From: an uncultured Spirochaetaceae bacterium
Lineage (GTDB): Bacteria > Spirochaetota > Spirochaetia > SZUA-6 > RPPD01
Length of the DNA: 64,000 nucleotides
Direction: 5' to 3'
NCBI GenBank assembly: GCA_964638895.1
Contig: CAZWYY010000013.1
Span: forward strand, 2,522-66,521
Below the pieces are notes generated by a model, which worked only from the letters and a program-made list of their open reading frames with translations, was not told where the DNA came from and ran no database searches. Position numbers and translations under genes: made by a program. Numbering within the stretch: the first letter of the stretch is position 1; each line of letters opens with the position of its first letter. Of this stretch, positions 57,705 to 64,000 are shown piece by piece.

Positions 57705-58886
57705 ATGGCTGTTGCAGTGAAAATAAAGAGAATGATGGAAGAATCCTCTTGGATACGCAGAATGTTTGAGGCCGGCGCCCAGCTTAAGGAGCGGCATGGG
57801 GAGGATAAGGTGTGTGATTTCAGCCTGGGAAATCCCATCCTCGAGCCGCCGCAGGCTTTCCGGGAGACCCTGCGCGGGCTGGCCGCCGAGGATATGCCTC
57901 TGAAGCACGCCTACATGCCCAACGCCGGCTATCGCTTTGCGCGGGAGGCCGTCTCCGGGTACGTAGGCAGGGAGTACGGCGTGGAGCCCGGCTGGACCAA
58001 TGTAATCATGACCTGCGGGGCCGGGGGCGCCCTGAACGTGATCCTCAAGACCATCCTTAATCCCGGGGACAAGATCCTGGTCCCAACCCCGTGTTTTGTG
58101 GAGTACAGGTTCTATGTGGAGAACCACGGCGGTGTGCCGGAGTTCGTGCCGGGCACGGAGGATTTTAATATTGATGTCGGGGCCCTGGAACGCAGCATCG
58201 ACGCGCATACCGCCGGCATCATCATCAACTCACCCAACAATCCTTCGGGCAGGGTGTATGACGGAGACACGCTCGAAAGACTCTGCCGTATGCTTGAACA
58301 AAAAAGCCGCGACACGGGACGGTCCCTTTACCTGGTAAGCGATGAGCCCTACCGCCGGGTGACGTATGACGGGGTCCGCGTGCCGTCGCTGCCCAAGCTT
58401 TACCGCAATACCGTTATCGCCACCTCGTTCTCCAAGGACCTGTCCATTCCCGGAGAAAGGATCGGCTGGCTGGCCGTGCACCCGGAGGCTGATGACGCCG
58501 CCGCCTTGGTAAACGGATGCATTCTCTGCAACCGCATCCTGGGATATGTAAACGCCCCGGCCCTGATGCAGCGGGCCGTATCAGGGCTGTTGGACGTCAC
58601 CATAGACGCCGGTATATATCGTAAAAAAAGGGATCTGCTGTATGACAACCTGACGCGTTTGGGTTACAGCGCGCGCCGGCCCGAGGGGGCGTTTTATCTC
58701 TTCCCGCGCGCGCCCGGCGGGGACGATCTGAAATTCACGGCCCTGCTGCAGGACCAACTGATTCTGGCCGTACCGGGCACGGGCTTTGCTTTTCCGGGAT
58801 ATTTCCGCCTGGCCTACTGCGTGGAGGATGAGGTGATCGAAAGGTCGCTGGAAGGTTTCGCGCGGGCCCTGGCCGCGGCCGGCTAA
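57705..58886 (+). CDS. Class I/II PLP-dependent aminotransferase (aromatic/aspartate type)
   Basis: SLGNP N-terminal motif, SFSKDLSIPGERIGW with PLP Lys; divergent from the ior/paaK operon. Confidence 0.75.
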   Translation: MAVAVKIKRMMEESSWIRRMFEAGAQLKERHGEDKVCDFSLGNPILEPPQAFRETLRGLAAEDMPLKHAYMPNAGYRFAREAVSGYVGREYGVEPGWTNVIMTCGAGGALNVILKTILNPGDKILVPTPCFVEYRFYVENHGGVPEFVPGTEDFNIDVGALERSIDAHTAGIIINSPNNPSGRVYDGDTLERLCRMLEQKSRDTGRSLYLVSDEPYRRVTYDGVRVPSLPKLYRNTVIATSFSKDLSIPGERIGWLAVHPEADDAAALVNGCILCNRILGYVNAPALMQRAVSGLLDVTIDAGIYRKKRDLLYDNLTRLGYSARRPEGAFYLFPRAPGGDDLKFTALLQDQLILAVPGTGFAFPGYFRLAYCVEDEVIERSLEGFARALAAAG

Positions 58887-58965
58887 AACGGCGCAAAGAC
58901 GGCGCAAACCGCGGCTGTTACGCGAGGCGCACGGCGGGGAACGGCGCGTGCGGACGTCGACCGCC

Positions 58966-59982
58966 TTACAGATCCGTGCTTCCCGGAGGGAAAAACACAA
59001 AGGTCAGCGCGATGTACAGGGCGTAAAGCGCCAGCAGCACGACAGCCTTCCATTTTGTCAGCCTGTATCCCATTCTGGCGAATAACAACAGGACCAGGTT
59101 TATCAGGATCATGAAGGGAAACATGAATATGATCTCCCTGTGATCGATGGCCAGGGGTTTGGCCAGGGCGGCGGTGCCGATAATCCAGAGGAGGTTCAAG
59201 ATATTCGCCCCGATAATGTCCCCGACCGCGATGTCGCCGTGACCCTTTCTGCAGGCCACGATACAGGTGGCTATCTCGGGCAGGGAGGTGCCCACGGCGA
59301 TGATCGTAAGTCCGATAAATATCTCCGGTATCTTGATTACGTGGGCGATGTTCACCGCGCCCTCGATCAGGATCTTGCTGGAGATGACCACCCCCGCCAC
59401 CCCAAGCAGGAACAGGAAAAGCTGCCTGGGAAGCGAACCGGGCCGCTCATGTTCCTGTATCTCCTCCGTCATCTCGCCCATGATGCTCTGCCTGTGTTTT
59501 TTTTGATACCGGATAAGCACGATAAAGTAAACAATCAGCACGGCGATCAGGATCAGGCCTTCCAGCCGCGTGATGTCGCTGCCCAGGATGCTCAGGCCGA
59601 AGGTCAGAAAGGAAACCGCGATCAGAAACAGGCCGATGCCCTTCAAGAGTTTGGAGGGAACCTTGACCGCGGCAGGCGCCATGAGCACACCCAGGGCCAG
59701 GGCCAGCGCATTGTCCGCGATCACCGAGCCCACCGCGTTGCCCAAAGCGATCTTGTTGCGTCCCATGAGTGAGGAGAGCAGCGAGACGGTGAACTCGGGC
59801 ATGGTGGTGGCAAAGCTTACCAGCACAATACCGATGATGATCTTGGGGATGTTTAAAAAACGGGCCACTCCCACGGCTCCGTCCACCAGCCAGTCAGCTG
59901 TTTTGGCGATAACGATGAAACACAGCACCAGCACGGCCGCGTTTAAGGGGATGCTGTCGGGGAAGGGGATTATCTGTAACAT
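58966..59982 (-). CDS. Sodium/calcium exchanger (CaCA family, YrbG-like) membrane protein
   Basis: Two alpha-repeat-like regions (GNAVGSVIADN, GDIIGANILN). Confidence 0.65.
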   Translation of the reverse strand: MLQIIPFPDSIPLNAAVLVLCFIVIAKTADWLVDGAVGVARFLNIPKIIIGIVLVSFATTMPEFTVSLLSSLMGRNKIALGNAVGSVIADNALALALGVLMAPAAVKVPSKLLKGIGLFLIAVSFLTFGLSILGSDITRLEGLILIAVLIVYFIVLIRYQKKHRQSIMGEMTEEIQEHERPGSLPRQLFLFLLGVAGVVISSKILIEGAVNIAHVIKIPEIFIGLTIIAVGTSLPEIATCIVACRKGHGDIAVGDIIGANILNLLWIIGTAALAKPLAIDHREIIFMFPFMILINLVLLLFARMGYRLTKWKAVVLLALYALYIALTFVFFPPGSTDL

Positions 59983-60149
59983 GTTATGGCTCTTTTCATA
60001 TCCTTCTTTCAGGAGTAGCCGCAGTGCATGTGCTCATTTATAGTATATTTTTTTTTCTATGGCAATCGCCGGTATTTAAATATGTATTGAAATATACACA
60101 AAAAGATGGTATGCATAGAGAAGTCGTATCTAAAAAAAAGGAGGAAGGC

Positions 60150-60617
60150 ATGAAGGGCAATGATAAATTACTCGAAAAATTAAACGATCTGCTCGCGGAC
60201 GAACTGACCGCGATCAACCAGTACATTGTGCACGCGGAGATGTGCGATGATTGGGGTTACGAAGAGCTGCACAAGGCAATCGAAAAAAGAGCCATAACCG
60301 AGATGAAGCACGCGGAAAAACTTATCGGCAGAATTCTTTTTCTGGAAGGAAAGCCCATAGTGAGCAAGTTGAATCCCATCCACATCGGCGAAGATGTTGA
60401 AAAGCAGTTTGCCAATGACTGGGCCGCGGAAGAAGGAGCCATAAAATCATACAACCACGGGATCAAGCTGGCCGCCGAGGTGGGGGACAACGGAACCCGA
60501 GATATGCTGGTGGACATCCTCAAGGACGAGGAAGACCATATCGACGAGATTGAAAAACATCAAGGCCAGATTGAAAGAATAGGACTCAAGAGCTACCTGA
60601 TGGAGCTGATGGAATAG
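60150..60617 (+). CDS. bfr: Bacterioferritin
   Basis: LNDLLADELTAINQY, ferritin-like di-iron Glu/His pattern; AGGAGG RBS before ATG 60150. Confidence 0.8.
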   Translation: MKGNDKLLEKLNDLLADELTAINQYIVHAEMCDDWGYEELHKAIEKRAITEMKHAEKLIGRILFLEGKPIVSKLNPIHIGEDVEKQFANDWAAEEGAIKSYNHGIKLAAEVGDNGTRDMLVDILKDEEDHIDEIEKHQGQIERIGLKSYLMELME

Positions 60618-60618
60618 C

Positions 60619-60665
60619 CCTGACAGCCGGGTCCGGGTGTCAGGCCCGGACCGGCCGGGTTTTTC
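60619..60665 (+). terminator. Rho-independent terminator after bfr (two GC hairpins, then TTTTT)
   Basis: CCTGACA-loop-TGTCAGG, then CCCGG-ACCGG-CCGGG followed by TTTTT at 60660-60664. Confidence 0.55.
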
Positions 60666-60761
60666 CTTTGGCATTGCTTTCTGTCCGAACGGGCTGTTTC
60701 TCCGGCATTGCTTCCGGCCCGGACGGGCTTTCCGTTTTCCCTGTTCGCGTCATTCGTCCTG

Positions 60762-61493
60762 TCAGGCCAGGTTTTTCAGGTAACGCCTGAAGAGCAAGAC
60801 CAAAGGCAGTGCGTGGAGCGCAACCGCAGCTCCTGCCGCCAGGGCAAGATACCAGCCGGGCCCGCGGTTCATGGAAGCGAACAAAAACTCCGCGCTCCAG
60901 AACGGGGGGAATATGGCCCCCAGGTATTTGAGCGGGGAAGGCAGGATTCCGGAAGCCACCGGTCCCAAAAGAATTACTCCCAATGCCTTGCCCAGGGCCA
61001 GGCCCTCCACCTTGTTATGGGCCAACGCGGCCAGGGCAAAGAAGAATATCAGGCTTAAGACCGAGCTAAAAACAGCAAATACCATTATCTGCCACAAGGT
61101 GAAGACCACCAGGCCGTTTGTTGCGGCAAGCAGCACCGTAAAGGCGAAGGAAAATACAAGCGGAAAACTCAGGCGATAGGCCAGGTAACCGCTTTTACGA
61201 AGGGGCGTGATAAAAAAATAGGCGGTAAGGCCGTTGTCCTTTTCATCCAGGTACAAAAAGGCGGTTGTCAGCCCCCACAGCATGGCGGGAAGCAGGGAGA
61301 AAAAAACCGCGATCAACGGGTAAAACTGCGCAAGATCAAACGGTAAATAAGCGGCAAGGAGGTCGCGCGCCGCGGGAACACCCAGCCGCATCAGCGCCAG
61401 CAGCAGCAGCGGGGCGCCGGACGCGAACAACAGCATGGGATCACGTCCCATGTTCTTAATATCCGCCCCCAGAAGCATCAGGTATTTTTTCAT
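60762..61493 (-). CDS. ABC-2 type transporter permease
   Basis: Polytopic; ATGA overlap with the upstream permease stop at 61490-61493. Confidence 0.5.
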   Translation of the reverse strand: MKKYLMLLGADIKNMGRDPMLLFASGAPLLLLALMRLGVPAARDLLAAYLPFDLAQFYPLIAVFFSLLPAMLWGLTTAFLYLDEKDNGLTAYFFITPLRKSGYLAYRLSFPLVFSFAFTVLLAATNGLVVFTLWQIMVFAVFSSVLSLIFFFALAALAHNKVEGLALGKALGVILLGPVASGILPSPLKYLGAIFPPFWSAEFLFASMNRGPGWYLALAAGAAVALHALPLVLLFRRYLKNLA

Positions 61494-62215
61494 GAGGGCC
61501 TCCCCATCCGCCGGCGTCCCAAAATACGGCGCAGGCTCCCGTATATATATCGATACAGTACAAGATAACATACACCAAAGAATATAATGTTCCACAACAA
61601 AAGCCCGGCCATGCTCCACAGCGAAAGAGGGGCGGGGGTCAGGGCGGATTGAAACAGGAGATACGCGGCTGTAAGCGGAAAGGCAGTGAATATGGTCTGG
61701 GGTGTGAGCTGCAGGATGTAGGTTGCGCTGGGAATGAAGAAAACCAGAAACCCCATGCTCAGGGCAAAGTACTGGTTCAGGCTCTTGGCCAGGGTTCCGA
61801 GCATCAGGCCGAACAGGGTGTAGAGTGTGCCGGAGAGCACCACGGCATACACAAACAGGGCCGGATTCTCCGGAATCAAACCCGTGCAGGCCTGGACAGC
61901 CAGGCTTGAGCCCGTGATCAGGATAAGAAACGACAGGCATTTGGACGCAATGTACTCACTGATGGAGAGCGGGGTAACCGCCACATTGGTAAGCAGCGAT
62001 TGTCTTTTCTCCAGCAACACCACCCCGCCGATAAAGAAGAACCCCAGCACCGAGGTGTCGGAGAGAATCAGGAACAGGGCCGTAACCTGTCTGTACGCGG
62101 TTGGTAAAAACATGATGATGACGCCGTAGAACACGGTGATGAAAATATAGGCATAGTAGAAGCCTTGTCGGAATTGGAACAATATATCCATTTTGATCTG
62201 CCGCGCCAGTCTCAT
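61490..62215 (-). CDS. ABC-2 type transporter permease
   Basis: Six hydrophobic segments; overlaps ATPase gene by 4 nt. Confidence 0.55.
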   Translation of the reverse strand: MRLARQIKMDILFQFRQGFYYAYIFITVFYGVIIMFLPTAYRQVTALFLILSDTSVLGFFFIGGVVLLEKRQSLLTNVAVTPLSISEYIASKCLSFLILITGSSLAVQACTGLIPENPALFVYAVVLSGTLYTLFGLMLGTLAKSLNQYFALSMGFLVFFIPSATYILQLTPQTIFTAFPLTAAYLLFQSALTPAPLSLWSMAGLLLWNIIFFGVCYLVLYRYIYGSLRRILGRRRMGRPS

Positions 62216-63066
62216 ACCAGCCTCCGTCCGGTTACCTGGATAAACACATCGTCCAGCCGCGCCTCCTGGGTATGCATGGTTTCGATGGTGCGGGCGGCCA
62301 GGATGTCCAGATAGGCTTTGTTTTCGGCCAGTCCGTCCAGCTCAAACGATTCACGCTCCGGAGCGCCGTTTTTATTAAACTCAACAATCAGGATTTTTTT
62401 CCCGTAGCGCAACTTCAGGTTGCGGGGCGAATCGATGAGGTTGATCCTGCCGTCCACCAGAAAGGCAAGCTTGTCGCACAGGGTTTCGGCCACGTTCATG
62501 TTATGGGTGGAGAGAAAGATTGTCTTTCCCTGCCTTTTCAGGTCAAGGATAATTTCGATAATGGTTTTGGTATTGGCCGGGTCCAGTCCGCTGGTGGGTT
62601 CGTCCAGAAAGATCAGATCCGGGTTATTGATCAGGGCGCGGATAAAGTTGAGGCGGACCTTCATACCCTTGGAATACTTTTCCACGCGCACGTCGGCGTG
62701 CTGCCGCAGCCCGACCATGGAAAGCAGCGTAAGCGGCTCCATGCCCGTGCGCTTGTAAAGACCCCTGAAAAAAACCAGGTTTTCCATGGCCGTAAATTTT
62801 TCAAATAGGTTGGGCACTTCAAAGGCCGCGCCCAGGTGTTCGTAGAACTCCTTGCCCGCGGCCCCGGCCGGTTGCCTGAGGACTGTGACCTCACCCTTGT
62901 AATCCTTTAACAGGCCGATGAGCACCTTTACGGTAGTACTCTTGCCCGCACCGCTCGGTCCGATAAACCCGAAGATCTCCCCCCTGCCCACACCGAAGGT
63001 AATGTCATGCAGGGTATCTTCATGGTTTTTGGGATAGCGGAAACATAATCCTGAAACCTTAATCAT
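62212..63066 (-). CDS. ABC transporter ATP-binding protein
   Basis: FIGPSGAGKSTT, IFLDEPTSGLD. Confidence 0.8.
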   Translation of the reverse strand: MIKVSGLCFRYPKNHEDTLHDITFGVGRGEIFGFIGPSGAGKSTTVKVLIGLLKDYKGEVTVLRQPAGAAGKEFYEHLGAAFEVPNLFEKFTAMENLVFFRGLYKRTGMEPLTLLSMVGLRQHADVRVEKYSKGMKVRLNFIRALINNPDLIFLDEPTSGLDPANTKTIIEIILDLKRQGKTIFLSTHNMNVAETLCDKLAFLVDGRINLIDSPRNLKLRYGKKILIVEFNKNGAPERESFELDGLAENKAYLDILAARTIETMHTQEARLDDVFIQVTGRRLV

Positions 63067-63709
63067 GCGCGGCCTCCTTGGCGTTTTTTCTCCCTGCCGT
63101 ATCCGTCGGCCGATCCTTGATCAGCCCTTCGGCCAGAAGCTCTATCAACAGCTCCATCTGCTTATAGAAGTCCGGGCCGATCTCTTTTTTATGGATGGCC
63201 AGAAAAAAGATGGTCTGCAGCAGGGCGCCCGCGGTATTAATATCCTCGGTCCAAAGCTTGCCCCGGCGCGCAAGCCCCTCAAGAAAGGCCAGGAAAAAAC
63301 GGTTGTGTTCGCGTATGTGCCCGGACAGGGCGTCCGGCGGCAGATTCCTTGTCAGATAGGCGATCTCCTCAGGATTGAAAAGGGTCTCCACAATAGGATT
63401 CTCCCTTACCGATTCCAACTGCATCCGCAGCACCTGCTTCAGCCGCTGCTTGGGGTTTTTATCCTCATCCTCAAGAATTTTCTTGAACAGTGGTTGGGCT
63501 TCCGCCTCCAACTCGTCCATGGCCGCCAGAAGCAGGGCTTCCTTGGAAGGAAAAAACGAATAAAAGGTCCCCTTGGCAATCCCCACGCGGCGCGTAATGT
63601 CCTCAATCCTTGTTTTTTTCAGGCCGAACTCGGAAAATACCTTGCGCCCTTCTTCCATCAATTTTTTTTGCAACAGCTCGCGCTGCTCCTGGGTAAAAAT
63701 CCTGGGCAT
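63059..63709 (-). CDS. TetR/AcrR-family transcriptional regulator
   Basis: N-terminal HTH RIEDITRRVGIAKGTFYSFFPSKEALL. Confidence 0.75.
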   Translation of the reverse strand: MPRIFTQEQRELLQKKLMEEGRKVFSEFGLKKTRIEDITRRVGIAKGTFYSFFPSKEALLLAAMDELEAEAQPLFKKILEDEDKNPKQRLKQVLRMQLESVRENPIVETLFNPEEIAYLTRNLPPDALSGHIREHNRFFLAFLEGLARRGKLWTEDINTAGALLQTIFFLAIHKKEIGPDFYKQMELLIELLAEGLIKDRPTDTAGRKNAKEAAHD

Positions 63710-63727
63710 ATCCTGTTCCTTAAAAAA

Positions 63728-63760
63728 CTAAATGACCAAATAAATAATTTAGTCATTTAG
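63728..63760. promoter_or_regulatory. Inverted repeat CTAAATGAC-N15-GTCATTTAG upstream of the TetR gene; candidate TetR operator
   Basis: Perfect 9-bp arms 19-52 nt upstream of the tetR start codon, within an AT-rich promoter region. Confidence 0.4.
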
Positions 63761-64000
63761 ATTATAATAATATATTATCATGCTGTCAAGTTAAAAGACG
63801 GATTCCACAAATTATTAGAAAAACATAAAACCGCAGATTACGCTGATTATAAAGGATTATACAGATTAAACTAGAAAAAGCAAAATCTGTGAAATCTTAT
63901 AAAATCTACGTAATCCTTGTTCCCGTGTTACTACGTGCGCATCCGTGAGCCATACATTGTTCATAACACTTCTTTACAGGATGTGCGGTTTCGGCCTATG

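Noticed and set aside
60762-61940. 392-aa version of the ABC-2 permease ORF with a 149-aa N-terminal extension
   Set aside because: The extension is Pro/Arg/His-rich and overlaps the upstream permease gene by about 450 nt; an in-frame ATG at 61491-61493 gives a classic ATGA-coupled start and a sensible 244-aa membrane protein.
1-64000. CRISPR arrays, tRNA/rRNA genes, transposases/integrases or IS inverted repeats
   Set aside because: I saw no regularly spaced direct repeats, no cloverleaf-like or rRNA-like segments, and no DDE/tyrosine-recombinase-like ORFs on inspection, so no mobile element or RNA gene is called.

Overview
The window holds two very different parts. Positions 43-27722 are one co-directional (+ strand), tightly packed, often translationally coupled operon of about 25 genes. 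It has nine intact radical SAM enzymes (two with B12-binding domains) plus one Cys-less pseudo-radical-SAM paralog, a stand-alone ACP/PCP-like carrier protein, an ATP-grasp ligase, two FkbM methyltransferases with a large shared C-terminal domain, a GT28-like and two GT2 glycosyltransferases, a DegT-type sugar aminotransferase, an OYE flavin reductase, a class I methyltransferase and an embedded ABC-2 exporter. I see no precursor-peptide ORF and no PKS/NRPS/FAS core genes, and the gene combination fits no canonical cluster type. I regard it as the candidate novel system: a carrier-protein-dependent, radical-SAM-heavy tailoring/export pathway, possibly for a glycolipid, glycoconjugate or RiPP-like product. 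The rest of the window is mostly housekeeping or accessory: a hybrid sensor kinase with a PBP-type sensor and a degenerate GGDEF domain, an SDR, an Lhr-type large helicase, a block of exported proteins that includes MEMO1-like and AMMECR1-like proteins without their usual radical SAM partner, and a C39-peptidase/TPR protein. There is also an aromatic/branched-chain amino-acid catabolic block (IorAB, three PaaK-like CoA ligases, LivKHMGF, an ACT protein, an aminotransferase), a CaCA exchanger, bacterioferritin, and a TetR-regulated ABC-2 exporter. I found no rRNA, tRNA, CRISPR or transposase. All calls rest on motifs read from the ORF translations; I could run no searches.
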